The notes: generated by a model not told the origin, from the sequence alone. Positions 12,743 through 26,345 are shown, counted from the stretch's first letter. The stretch is 64,000 bases of DNA from Octopus sinensis (GCF_006345805.1 NC_043005.1:75764001-75828000), one strand, 5' to 3'. Made by a program: numbers and translations.

Positions 12743-12931
12743 GGGATCTGATATGAGTTGTCTCACTTGGCTATGACCTGCTTTCAGGTGTTTTTACACC
12801 AAGGGAATTTCGATTATATTCTCTTATGCCTCAAAAATGCAGCTGCCCAACAAACTAACATACACACACACCTTGTGTATGTGTGTCCGACTTTGTTCAT
12901 ATACATAGAGATACTTCTAATTCATATTTGA

Positions 12932-12963
<32 letters not shown>

Positions 12964-12975
12964 CCCAAGCAACAT

Positions 12976-14240
12976 CAGGAAAGTTCCGAGGGTAGGGACT
13001 TCCGGGAGAGTTCAAAGGATAGGGACTTCCGGGAAAGTTCAGAGGTTAGGGACTTCCTGGAAAGTTCCATGGATAGTAATTTCCCGGAAAGTTCTGAGGA
13101 TAGGGATTCCTGGAAAGTTCTGAGGATAGGGACTTCTTGGAAAGTTCCAAGGATAGGAACTTCTTGGAAATTTCCGAGGAAAGAGAATTCTTGGAAAATT
13201 CCGCGGATAGGGACTTCCTGGAGAGTTCCGAGGATAGGGAATTCCTGGAAAGTTCCAAGGACATGAACTTCCTGGAGAATTCCGATGATAGAGACTTCCT
13301 GGAAAGTTCCAAGAATATGGACTTCCTGGAAAGTCGCAAGGATAAGGACTTCCTGGAAAGTTCCGAGGATAGGGACTTCCTGGAAAGTTACAAGGACAGG
13401 GACTTCCTAGAAAGTTCCGAGGTTAGTAATTTCCTAGAAAGTTCTCATGATAGAGACTTCCTGGAGAGTTCCGAGTATAGGGACTTTCTGGAAAGTTCCA
13501 AGGATAGGGACTTCCGAGAAAGTTCCGAGGATAGGGACATCCTGGAAAGTTCTCATGATAGAGACTTCCTGGAGAGTTCCGAGTATATGGACTTCCTGGA
13601 GAGTTCCGAGGATATGTACTTCCTGGAAAGTTCCGAGGATAGGGACTTCCTGGAAAGTTCCGAGGATAGGGACTTCCATGAAAGTTCCGAGGATAGGGAC
13701 TTTCCTGAAATTACCGAGGATAGGGAATTCCGGGAAAGTACCGAGGATATGAACTTCCTGGAAAGTTCCGAGGATAGGGATCTCCTGGAAAGTTCCAAGG
13801 GTAGGGACATCCTGGAAAGTTGCTGTGAGCTGTCCAACTGGCTATGACTATATGCTAAATGGTTTAAGAACCATATGCTGTTATATCTGAATATGCCATG
13901 CCCTAGAAAAAATTCAAATATTCCTGGAAAGTTCCGAGGATAGGGACTTCCTGGAAAGTTTCGAGGATAGTGACTTCCCGGAAAGTTCCGAGAATAGGGA
14001 CTTCCTGGAAAGTTCCAGGGATATGGACTTCCTGGAAAGTTCCAAGGATAGAAACTCCATGGAAAGTTCCGATGATATGGATTTCCTGGAAATTTCCGAG
14101 CATAGGGACTTCCTGGAAAGTTCCAAGGATATGGACTTCCTGGAATTTTCGGAGGATATGGACTTCCGGGAAAGTTCCGAGGATAGGGACTTCCGGGAAA
14201 GTTGCGAGGATAGGGGATTCCTGGAAAGTTCCGAGGATTT
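12976..14240. repeat. 27-bp minisatellite (consensus GAAAGTTCCGAGGATAGGGACTTCCTG), roughly 40-45 units, split by a ~100-bp insertion
   Basis: Direct periodicity visible; translates as ESSEDRDFL repeats; followed by (GAA)n. Confidence 0.95.
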
Positions 14241-16910
14241 CATGGGAGGAGGAAGAAGAAGAAGAAGAAGAAGAAGAAGAAGAAGAAGAAGAAGAAGAAG
14301 AAGAAGAAGAAGAAGAAGACAACAACGACAACAACAACAATGACAATAATTCTATAGGCACAAGGCTTGAAATTTTATAGGGAGAAGGCTAGTTGATCAC
14401 CTTGACCCCTAATGCTAAACTTGTACTTATTTTATCAACCCTGGAAGGATGAAAGGCAAAGTTGACCTTGGCAGAATTTGAACTCAGAATGTAAGGACTG
14501 ATGAAATACTGCTAGCCTGATGTGCTAATGATTCTGCCAACTTGCCATCTAGATAACAAGAACAACAACCACAACAATAATAATAAGTGTTTCAAATTTT
14601 GATACAAGCTCAGCAAGTTCAGGAGAGGGTGTAAGTTGCATTATTTTATTGACCCCGAGAAGATGAAAAGTACAGTTGACCTTGGTGGAATTTGAACTCA
14701 GAATGTAAAAAAAAACATAAAATCTCACTAAGCAGGTTGTCTGACACACTAACAGTTGTGCTATTTTACCATCTTGATAATAACCACATCATCAATAATA
14801 ATAATAATCGTTTCTACTAAAGGCACATGGCCTGAAATTTCGGGGGAAGGGGCTAGTCAATTGCATCGACTCCAATGTATCACTGGTACTTAATTTATTG
14901 ACCTTGAAAGGATAAAAGGCAAAGTCAACCTTGGCAGAATTTGAACTCAGAACCCGAGGACAGATGAAATGCCACTAAGTATTTTACCCAACATGCTAAT
15001 GATTCTACCAGTTTGCCACCCTGGCACAGAAAGTGTGTCAATAGCCAGCTGGGGGAGGTGTTCTCCTGGGGCTACAAGCTACAGTAGCATCCACCTTTAG
15101 GGGCTAGCCACATTTAAGTGGCAAATATACTTCACGCTGTCGTGCAGCTACTGTTTATATCATGCTCAGAGATTTATTATTGATAATAATAATAATATAA
15201 TAATAATAATAATAATAATAATGATGATGATGATGATGGTTGCTGGGAACAACCCACATCTTGCACAAGATGCAGTGAATTCAGTTCAACAGAGTAGCTC
15301 ATGATTGAATAGAACACCTCAAATACAATGATCTTCACACACATCTTATGCACAATGTACTATACAAGATTAAAGCTCAATGAAATAACACAACCCACAT
15401 TTATTTCCTTATTGCTCACAGGGAGATAAACATAGAGGAGGCAAACAAGAACAGACAATGGGATTAAGTCAATTAGATCAACCCCTGTGCATAACTGGTA
15501 CTTATTTAATTGACCTCTAAAGAATGAAAGGCAAAGTTGACCTCGATGGAATTTGAACTCAGAATGTAATGGCAGACAAAATACCTATTTCTTTATTACC
15601 CACAAGGGGCTAAACACAGAGGGGACAAACAAGGACAGACAAACGGATTAAGTCGATTATATCGACCCCAGTGCATAACTGGTACTTATTTAATTGACCC
15701 TGAAAGGATGAAAGGCAAAGTCGACCTCGGTGGAATTTGAACTCAGAACGTAACGGCAGGCAAAATACCGCTAAGTATTTCACCCAGCATGCTAATGATT
15801 CTGCCAGTTCACTGCCCTGTAACACAATCCACATTGCCTACACTGATATAGCAAGAAACGAGAAACTAAACTCCATGACAAAACAAACTGATGTAGGAAG
15901 AGTCTACACTCTTTCAACCCCCACAAAAATAAAAGCACAATGCTGTCCACCCCTCAGGAATATGGAGGTGCACCAGGTGGTGCAGTAGAAACTTGCATGA
16001 AACTAATGAAAGGAAAAAAGAAATTATTTCTTTTATTTTTTTTTTAACAGCAATAAAAGTAATTATGAAATTGTTTTTGTTGCTGTTGTATATAAACAAG
16101 AGTAATATTAAATGAAAAGTAAGTAATATTTATGTATTAAAAGTCAAAAATCAATAATTATTTTACAAAGTTAGAAATCAATATATATTCATTAAGAATT
16201 TACTTCTGTAAAATGAAAGTCTTTTAAGTAGGTTATAACATCTAAAAACATACATTGTTTATCACATCAACAAAACAATTGCTTCAGTATATTATCTGCT
16301 TATTAGAAATTATCTTCCTAAAAATAGACAATAGTTTGATTGAGGTAGTTGACATCTCTCACCCATAATGTCTTCAATAAATTCTATTTCTAAAATAGAA
16401 TGGTGATTGGTCATGCCAAGTGGCGCCTCTTTCTCTAACATATTCCATTATTATAATTAGTGACAATCCCTTAAACGAGTTGACGTTCATTATGTAATTT
16501 CTATTTTTCAAACAGAGTATGAAATTCCTGATTTTCTTCTTTTCCAACAAGACCCCAAGGTCTAAGTGCATTTAAATGAAAGATCCTTCTAGAAAAAGCT
16601 GATGTTGTTGCTTGGGATATGATGCAGCCATGGCTGTATGATTAAGAAGTTTGGTTCACAATCACCTGGTGTCAGGTTCAGTCCCACTGTATGGCACTTT
16701 GTCCTAGGTTGACCAAAACTTTATGAGTGGATCTGGTAGACAGAAATTGAAAGAAACCCATTGTGTACATTTATACAGGGTGGGAAAGCAAAACTTGGAA
16801 AATAATAGATAATTCACCAAGTTGTTTATATTACAACAGCCAGCAACCTATCATAAATATAATTTTAACACAAGTTTATAGGGATATAAAGGGAGAATTT
16901 ATTTATTTGT

Positions 16911-18736
16911 TATGAATACAAAATCGCGGCAAATGCCAGTAGCAATCCAAAAACCTTCTTTGCCCATGTCCAGCGGAATTCCTGCTTGAACAACCAGATT
17001 GCAACGTTGGTAGACTCAACAGGCGTATCGATTGAGGACCCTTATCAACAGAGTCAATTATTTGCCGAGGCTTTTTCAACTATTTTCAAACAAGATGATG
17101 GTCGTGAACCCCCTCCATTTGATAGATCGGTACCTCCAATGCTTCGATTGATCATCATGCGGGACCAAGTCAAGCGTGTTATTCAAGGCCTCGATGTCAA
17201 CAAGGGTCACGGCCCTGACGGCATACACCCACGGGTTATCAAAGCGTTGGCTCCGGTCATCTGTGAGCCCTTAACACGACTATTCAATATGTCATTGGCG
17301 ACGGGTGTTATACCTGCAGACTGGAGAACAGCGATAATCTGCCCAATTTTCAAGAAAGGGAGCCGCGAAGACCCGCTTAACTACCGACCGGTTTCCCTTA
17401 CATCAATAATCAGCAAGATGTTTGAAACCATCCTTAAGAAAAGTATGATGCTCCACCTCCTAAACACAGCCTCGATCACTGATTCCCAACACGGCTTCGT
17501 GCCGAAGAGATCATGCTTGACCAACTTACTAGTAATGGAAGAATTAGTGACGCGCATCCTCGATGATAGTGATGCTGTTGACATCGTTTTATTGGACTTT
17601 GCCAAAGCTTTTGACTCGGTAAACCACCACCTACTACTTGTCAAGCTTCAAGCATATAGTTTCCATCCGGATATTGTACGATGGGTTGGTGCCTTCCTCT
17701 CAGATCGCTCCTTCCAAGTTCAAGTTAATGGTTTGCGGTCTGACGTCTCCAGTGCGAGCAGTGGCGTGCCTCAAAATTCAGTGCTTGGGCCCTTGTTGTT
17801 CTTAGTCTTCATAAATGACTTGCCTGACGACCTCATGCAACACACCCTTCTATTTGCCGACGATATCAAACTGGTCGCTCCTCGCGGTAGTATAGAGGAT
17901 CTTCGTCGATGCCTCCACCAAATTTGGAAGTGGTCTAACGATTGGGACCTGTGTCTGAACGTGTCAAAGTGCTGTCATCTGCCTGTCGGCTCTACTCCTG
18001 CAACTCAACTTGATTTCGAGCCGGGTCGTCTGCTGCTGGAGAGGACCGATCAGATAAAGGACCTGGGTATCTTGGTGGATTCCTCCTTTTCGCCTTCGGC
18101 CCAGTGCGTCCATGCTGCCAACAAAGCGCGCGGAATTCTGTTTTTGATTCGACGGTCATTCGGAATGCTCACAGCAGCCATATTCCTGCCACTCTATGTC
18201 ACGCTGGTGAGACCCATATTGGAGTATGGGATTCAAGCCTCTTCTCCTTATCTCCTCAAAGACATACAGCACCTCGAAAGAGTCCAGAGGCTGGCTACCC
18301 GCATGGTTCATGGTCTCAAAAATTTGTCCTACGAAGAAAGGCTGAGGACGCTCGACCTTTGTTCTCTTGAAAAACGCCGCCGCCGTGGTGATCTCATTCT
18401 CGCCCACAACATCATAAGCGGGAAGTGTAACCTCTCGAAAGAGCTGTTCTTCACTCCTGCTCCGGAGCGTCGGCTGCGGGGTCATTCCGAAAAGCTCTAC
18501 CTGTGACGATTTCATCTCAATCGAAGGAGGGGAGCTTTCTCTGTCCGGGTTGCGGATCTGTGGAACAAGCTGCCAGACGAGATGGTGAAGATGCCGACGA
18601 CCGCTTTGTTCAAAGCCTCCCTGGACCTCAAGTGCCTGAACTCTTTACATGAACACCACCCTGTACTTAACTCCATGTCCCCCTACATGGCCTTGCTATT
18701 TGCTTTTGAGCCAAATTAACTAACTAACTAACTAAC
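16911..18736 (+). mobile_element. 5'-truncated CR1-group LINE with (TAAC)n tail
   Basis: RT motifs NYRPVSLTS, QHGF, DFAKAFD, GVPQxSVLGP, FADD; CR1-type C-terminus continues past the TGA; tail aactaactaactaac. Confidence 0.9.
16986..18506 (+). pseudogene. CR1-group ORF2 reverse transcriptase (no endonuclease domain, premature stop)
   Basis: 506-aa ORF with non-LTR RT domain; homology continues after TGA 18504-18506 (RFHLNRRRGAFSVRVADLWNKLP). Confidence 0.85.
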
Positions 18737-19894
18737 ATGTCTGCCTTAATTGTCCACCACAGCCTTCACACACTGCCTGAAGGCATCACAACTCTTCTTG
18801 ATGAAGTACTCAGACATGCTGTCCCACTCTTTGCTCAGGATTTGCTTAAAAGGATCAAGACTTGGATGTGAAGCTCTGTTAGAGTGCTCCAATTTTTCCC
18901 ATACTGCATAGTCCAGGGAATTCAAGTCCGGGCTCTAAGGAAGTTAGAAGTTGGCCGGCCAAAAGTTGGCGAAGTTGTCTTTGCAGAATCTCTGCACTTT
19001 CTTCACCGTATAAACAAGAGAACCATCTTGAGTTCACACATAATTACTGTTGGGTTAGTTAGACTTCAGCCAAGGCAAAACCTTATACTGCAGGACTTTA
19101 TGATAAACGTCAGCCCCCACCTTTTCCCTAGTCTTGAAAAAATGGAGAGGTATCTTTTGTCATTGCATGAGTCAATAGTTGTTCTGGAGTCCTCACGTAT
19201 GACCCCAAATGTAAATCAGTGTATACAGCATTTCTGATGGTCTTTGGATCAACTCCCATTCCATGGACAGTTTTCTCATGGATGTTATTGGATCTTTTCA
19301 AAATTTTGGCTTTGAGAGATTTAAGAAATGCATTATCCCATTTTTTATTTATGTCTCCACTTCTTTGCTTTCTCTTGATGCCTTCAATATCCAGCATTCA
19401 GTTCTTAACATTGTTGACAGTGCTCACAGAGGCCACAACATTCTGAGCAATACATCTAATTGCAACCCCAGCTTGAAGCAAATCTTCAATGCATTGTCTC
19501 TTAGCTTCTTAAGTGGACATGTTAGATCGTATAACTGGAACTTCTGCTTAAATTAACTCTATAAACCCCAACCCCGAAATAGAAAACAATATTTTAGTAT
19601 TTACACTCAAGAATACATGAAAAATAAAGGCTTTCAAAATATTCCAAGTTTTGCTTCCCCACTCTGTATATATTTTATCTTTTACTTGTTTCAGTCATTA
19701 GACTGTGGCCATGCTAGAACATTGCCTTGAAGAATTTTTAGTTGAATGAATCAATCCCAGTATATTTCAAACCTGGTGCTTATTCTGTCAGTCTCTTTTG
19801 TCAAACTGCTAAGTTACAGGAGATGTGAACAAACTAACACTGGTTTATGAAGCAGTAGTAGGGTACAAACACAGACACAAACACACACACACAT

Positions 19895-20595
19895 CATCAT
19901 CATCCTCATCGTTTAATGTTCGCTTTCCATGCTAACATGGGTTGGACGATTTTGACTGAGGTCTGGCGAACCTGATAGCTGCACCAGGCTCCAATCTTGA
20001 TCTGGCAGAGTTTCTACAGCTGGATGCCCTTCCTAATGCCAACCACTCTGAGAGTGTAGTGGGTGCTTTTATGTGCCACCGGCACAGGGGCCAGTAAAGC
20101 GATGCTGGTAATGATCATGCTCAAATGGTGCCTTTTACGTGCCACCGGCACAGAAGCCAGTTAGCCGCTCTGGCAACGATCATGTGCAGAATGGTGCTCT
20201 TAGCACCCTACTAGCATGGGCAGAAGCCAGTAAGGCGACGCTGGTAACGATCACACTTGAATGGTGCCTTTTATGTGCCACTGGCACGGAAGCTGGTTAG
20301 CCACTCTGTCAACGATCACACTCGTATGGTGCTCTTTGCACCCAGCTAGCACGGATGCTAGTCATCGAATTTGATTTCGATTTCACTTGCCTCAACAGGA
20401 TTTCGCAAGCAGAGTTTAGTGTCCAAAGAAGGAAAAGGTATGCATAAGTGGGCTGGTTACACCCCTGGCATAGGCCACGAGGTTATGGTCTCATTTGGCT
20501 TGCCGGGTCTTCTTAAGCTCAGCATATTTTACTGGTCATTTCCTTGGTGAGGCCTAAAGTTCGAAGGTTATGCTTCAATACTTCATCCCAGGTCT
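19895..20595 (-). mobile_element. RTE LINE 3' end with tandem ~60-bp UTR repeats and (GAT)n tail
   Basis: Same 3' UTR as 30590-30980 in reverse; related tail fragments at 6050-6830, 21600-21785, 23435-23625, 24830-25070, 57490-57690(-), 61150-61345. Confidence 0.75.
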
Positions 20596-21929
20596 ATGGA
20601 GACACACTCAGGTAGTGAGTTGACTGATCTAATAAAGCATTGGACTAAATTCATTTCAATAATTAAGTCTCTGAGTTCAAATTCCTCCAATGCCAGAATT
20701 GTCTTTCATTTATTGGGGATAATAAGGAGATGAATTGACAGCATTATTAGCAAGTCAAATAAAATGCATTTGTTTTGGCTCTTTACATATGAATTCAAAT
20801 CCTGTGTGGGTGGATGGAGTGAGGAAAGCTTTGGTAGTTAGAAGTGTTGGAGTGAGAGAGAAAAAAAAATTAATGATAGGAAAGCTTGGAGAGGGTGTTT
20901 GTGGAGAGATGAGTGAATTTGATGTTGCTGATATGAATGGAATGCCTAGTGTATGTCTTGTCATGGCTACCCACTCCTATGGGGAATTAGGCCTTGGTAT
21001 ATGTATAGGTTCAGTATCAGCTGACTGCTGGGGTTGATATAATCGACTAGTTCCTCTCCCAAAATTTGAGGTCTTGTGCCAATAGTTGAAAGAATTTATT
21101 CTTTTCTACTCTAGACACAAGGCCTGAAATTTTTTTTTGGTGGGTGGGGCAATTGATTAGATCAACCCCAGTATGCAACTGGTACTTAATTTATCGACCC
21201 CGAAAGGATGAAAGGCAAAGTTGACCTTGGTGGAATTTGAACTCAGAATGCAAAGACAAACAAAATACCACTAAGCATTTTGCCTGGCATGCTAACGTTT
21301 CTGCCAGCTCACTCCCTTAGTTCAAAGGATTTATTGAGGATGATTAGGTGATGAGCTGGCAGCATTATTAGCACCTCAAAAATGCATAGCCACAATTCTT
21401 TCAGCTCTTTACATTCTGAGTTCAAATCTTGCTGAGGTCAACTTTGTCTTTCACCCTTTCAGGATTGATAAAAGAATGCACCACTCAAGTACCAGGAGGT
21501 GGGGCAGTGCAATCGACTTACATCCTCTTCTAAAATTACAGGCCTTGTGTCAAAATTTGAAACTATGGAAGATCATCCAGGTGCCATGAAAAAAAAGCAT
21601 CTAATGCTGGTGCCACATAAAAAGCACCTTGTACACTCTGTAAAGTGGTTGGTATTAGGAAGGGCATGTAGCCATGGAAACCATGCCAAAACAGGACATC
21701 TGGAGCCTGGTGCAGCTCTCCAGCTTGCCCGCTCCTGTCAAACCGTCCAACCCATGCCCGCAGGAAAAACGGACGTTAAATGATGGCTGTTACGGAGTTC
21801 AATAAGATAATTACCAGTTGTAATTACAAGGGTGACTTAACTAACCAGCTGCACATCTGAAATCATTACAAAAACAAGCCTTATGTTTCAAACAATGAAA
21901 GAAATTTTTTAAAACAATCAAGCTAAAGT

Positions 21930-22330
21930 TTTCTTTTCTTTTCCTTTCCCCTTCTCCACTCTACCCTCTCCACCTCCCCTTCTTCCTTCATCCCCTCTCC
22001 CTCTTCACTTCTTCCTCCATGCCTCTCTTTCTTTCCCTACCCTCTCTCTCTCCTCCCCTTCTTTCTCCATACGTTGACTCTCTCTCTATCTATCTTCGTC
22101 ATTTTTTCTGTCCCCCTCACTCTATCCTTTCTTTCTTTCTTTCTTTCTCTCCCTTTTCAGCTTTCATCATCCTTTCACTTCTTCCTCACCCTCAACCTTC
22201 TCATTTATATTCCGTCACATACACTCTTTCCCTACCTTTCTCTCTTCATTCTCCTCTTCTCTTTCATTCCTTCTTTCTTTCTCCCCATTGCATAGAAATT
22301 CTCCATTCTTGTACGTCTTTATTTCATTTC
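21930..22330. repeat. Polypyrimidine low-complexity tract
   Basis: Almost exclusively C/T on the + strand. Confidence 0.85.
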
Positions 22331-23049
22331 ACTTTTGGTTTCTAAAGTAGGAGGCAGCTAGCATAGTAATAAGGGATCAATATTCTCACTGATCATTTAA
22401 CAGGTTTTATAATAAAAATATAATAAAATGAATATTGCCAACGATAATAATGTTTTATGCTTGTTTTTGTTTTTTTATATATGCAAACCTATTCAACTGA
22501 GAACAAAGATTATCTTGTCCTTAGTAAAAAAAAAAACAAAAAAAACAACAAAAACAAAAATTAAAAACCCCAACAAAAACACCAAAAAAAGCATTGCTTC
22601 ATTCTTTTAAGCTTTTATGCAATAGTTTAGTTCTTAACAACCTGTAAAATTTTATTTGAAATTAAAACTAACTTGAATAACTGAATATGGTTATTGATTG
22701 TTAAAATATATGTATGCAAAAAAAAAAAGAAATGAAGAAAAAATAGATTAATAAATAAATGCAAAAAATGTTGGAATTTAAAGCGCAAATAAAAAGAAAA
22801 GAAAACAAGAAAAAAATAACCAAAGCATATAATCAAAGGAAAATAATATATAAATTGTATTTCATTTTAATATTCATGTGAATATAACATTAGAATCTCT
22901 AATACTTGAACTGAACGAAGAGTTCAGTAAGGGTATTATAGTTATTTATTTATATAGATGACTATTATTATCATAATTATTATTATTATTATTATCATCA
23001 TTATTATTATTATTATTATTACTATTATTATTACTATTATTATTATTAG

Positions 23050-23275
23050 TATTGTTGTGTTCTGAAGTCTTACTTTATTGTATGCTTTTCATTGTATGAC
23101 CAAGCACAGCTTTGTGTGCCTTGGGAACTTGCAGCATTTTTGCATTGTTTCTCTATGTTTCAATGTTTAGCTGTGTTTCTATTGTATTGAAAGTGCTCTA
23201 CATAATATATGTGTAGGCAGCGCTTATTTTTCTCTATGCTGTGTAAGTCCTGATGATTTGGGTTATTATATTTCT
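23050..23275 (-). mobile_element. 3' end of an R4/Dong-like retroelement next to (TAA)n
   Basis: Minus-strand THILCRALSIQ* resembles TAHILRKILSM* of the 26.6-kb copy; abuts an (ATT)n run. Confidence 0.45.
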
Positions 23276-25110
23276 GCAGTAGACTATCAGAAATGCTAAA
23301 AGTATTGTACAAAAGCTTTGCAGTATTTGACTATGTGCTTTTATGATTTAAGTTCCAGTCCTGCTAAGATAGGGTGAACATATTATTTTGATGATATGCA
23401 ACTGGGACAGAAGAAGATATCAATTTACACATTCGGTGGCACATAAAAAGCACCCACTACACTCTCGGAGTGGTTGGTGTTAGGAAGGGCATCAAGCTGT
23501 AGAAACTTTGCCAGATCAAGATTGGAGCCTGGTGCGGCCGTCTGGTTCACCAGCCCTCAGTCAAAATCGTCCAACCCATGCTAGCATGGAAAGCGGATGT
23601 TAAACGATGATGATGATGATGATGAAAAAGACACACACACACACACATGTATAGGATAAGGATGAGTATCCTTTCCAAGTAATACAGACTGATAGGGCCA
23701 GTTTCCCAGTTTCCATGGCACATATATTTTCCCCTTGGATGGAACACTGGTCTGCCAAAAGACCACTCAGTTTTGCCAGCAGAGTGGACCAAGTCAAATG
23801 AAGTGTTTTGCTCAAGAACACAAGACATTGTCCTGTCCAGGAATCAAAACCACAATCATACGATTATGATTCCAGCACCCTAACCACTAAGCCATGCTTC
23901 TCCACATATGTATGCATATGGCTATGTGGTTTTCAGTTCAATCCCACAGCAGTACACCTCCCTGCTGTGGGATTGATCCAAGTGCCTTCTACTGTAGCCC
24001 CAGGCCAATGAAAGCCTTATCAGAAGGTTTGGCAGGCAGAAACAAAAGGAAGTCTATCATACATCATACAACACACACACACACAGAACAGATGAGTAAA
24101 ATGAAGGGAGGAAATATATGTTTATTCCATTCATTTACAGTAGGTAAACAAATGGAATAAACATCTACTCTCTCATCTCATTTCTCTTATCTCTTCTATT
24201 TATACACATTCTCTCCACCATTGTACCTTCTTGATTTTCAGAAAGAAACTAAGGTTTAGCCTAACCTCTACCACAGTGGAGGCATGTGGTTTAGTGGTTA
24301 GAATTTTTTTAAATGATTTTTATACACTGTGATTCGAAGCATTTTATTTTTGCTAAATTTTTTAAATAAATCTTTTAGCTGAGTACACTGTCAATATTTC
24401 TAGTTCTCATGCATAAAATACATACGATGCATACATGTGTGTATGTATATATGTATATGTGTGTAAGTTCAGTAAGGGTATATAGTTATTTATTTATATA
24501 GATGACTATTATTATTATAATTTTTATTATTATTATTATTATCATCATTATTATTATTATTATTACTATTATTATTACTATTATTAAAAATAAGCATAAA
24601 GATCCTTCCTGAGTCATATAGATTCATTGGGCCAGTTTCTCAGATTCTGTGTAAAATATATATTCTCCCATTGGATGGGACACCAATCCATTGCAAGATT
24701 ACTTATTTCGCTAGCTGAGTGGACTAGAGCAAGATGAAATGGAGTGCTTTGCTCAAGAACACAACATGTCACCCAGCCCAGGAATCGAAACCACAATCTT
24801 ATGATGATGTGTATGTATATATATATGACTGGCTCCTCGTGCTGGTGGCATGTAAAAAGCATCATCTGAACATGGGCGATGCCAGTGCCACTTGACTGGC
24901 TCTTGTGTTGGTGGCACATAAAAAACACCCACTACACGCTGTAGAAACACTGCTAGATGAGAATGGAGCCTGGTGCAGCCTCCTGGCTTGCTAGTCCCAG
25001 TCAAACCGTCCAACCCATGCCAGCAGGGAAAACGTATGTTATACAATGATGATGATGATGATGATGATGATGATATACAGAATATGTATATATATATACA
25101 CACACATATG

Positions 25111-25142
<32 letters not shown>

Positions 25143-25655
25143 CATACACTCACACACACACATATACATATATACATACACACATGTATGCATTGTATGT
25201 ATTTTATGCATGAGAACTAGAAATATTGACAGTGTACTCAGCTAAAAGATTTATTTAAAAAATTTAGCAAAAATAAAATGCTTCGAATCACAATGTATAA
25301 AAATCATTAAAAAAAAAGACACACACAATTAATCACTGACATTGTATATGTGAACAGCAGGTTTATACTTCCACAAAAACTGAATAAACACATTTATAAT
25401 CAAAGCTACATTTTGTGAGAGCTAAAAGATTTGTTGAAAACAAAAAAAAATTAAAACCACTTACATGAAAACAAACTGTAAAATATTTACAAAAGCTTAT
25501 TCTTGAAATAAAAGCAAAATAAATAAACCAGGATAAATCAATGCATTGAAGCATTCTTTCGGGACATTGAAGCTATTGTTTGAAAGCCAAGGCAAATCTT
25601 GGAAAACCATGAAGTCTGGGTACTCAGTGTTTAGGTCAATTTTTTTGTCCTTATA

Positions 25656-25706
<51 letters not shown>

Positions 25707-26345
25707 TGTCTTAAATCCAGGTTTTGTCCCTGTTAATGTGGGTGGCCAGATCTACTTCAATGCCATAGCAACTGAGGTAGGCAGGTGCAGCCCACCCCAC
25801 TGCCAACTTTTGGGCTGGCTGGTTCCCATTCTCTTTTGCTATTATGAGGCTTCTTTGGAGCTGGATTTTCTACAGGGAGCATGAGTGGTTCTGAGACCAA
25901 GGCCTCTACCACGATTTTTAAGAAATGTGGTGGAAAACTAGCTCAAGAAGGCAGGGATGCTACTCCCAGAGACCCCTTTTTGGAGCCCTCTTACCTAGTA
26001 TATTATGTATTATTATTAAAATTGGCATGCTGGACAAAATGGTTAGTGGCATTTTGTCTATTATTATCTTATGAGTTCAAATTCTGCTGAATTGACTTTG
26101 CCTTTAATCCTTTTGGGGTTGATAAAAATAAGAACCAGTTGAAGATTGGGGTCAATGTAATCGACTTAACCCTCCCTCAAATTTCAGGTCTTGTGCCCAT
26201 AGCAGAAAAGCTTATCTTATGGGTTCAAATTCTGCTGAGTTGACTTTGCCTTTCAACCTTTTGGAGTCTATAAATTAAGTACTAGTGAAACACAGGGGTT
26301 GATGTAACTGACAAAATTTCAGGTCCAGTGCATTTAGTAGAAAGG

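Larger units (their letters stand above)
16776..19666 (-). mobile_element. Tc1/mariner DNA transposon (maT/DD37D-like), decayed and interrupted by a LINE
   Basis: TIRs TA|cagggtgggaaagcaaaacttggaa ... ttccaagttttgcttccccactctg|TA; minus-strand transposase remnants including SPDLNSLDYAVW and an N-terminal HTH region. Confidence 0.8.

Noticed and set aside
13137-13847. 236-aa ESSEDRDFL-repeat ORF as a real protein
   Set aside because: The consensus unit has no easy route to a stop codon, the array is frameshifted near 13106, and there is no credible start or splice context; openness is expected for a 27-bp repeat
12976-14240. CRISPR-like array
   Set aside because: Units are contiguous with no unique spacers, the context is eukaryotic and there are no cas genes
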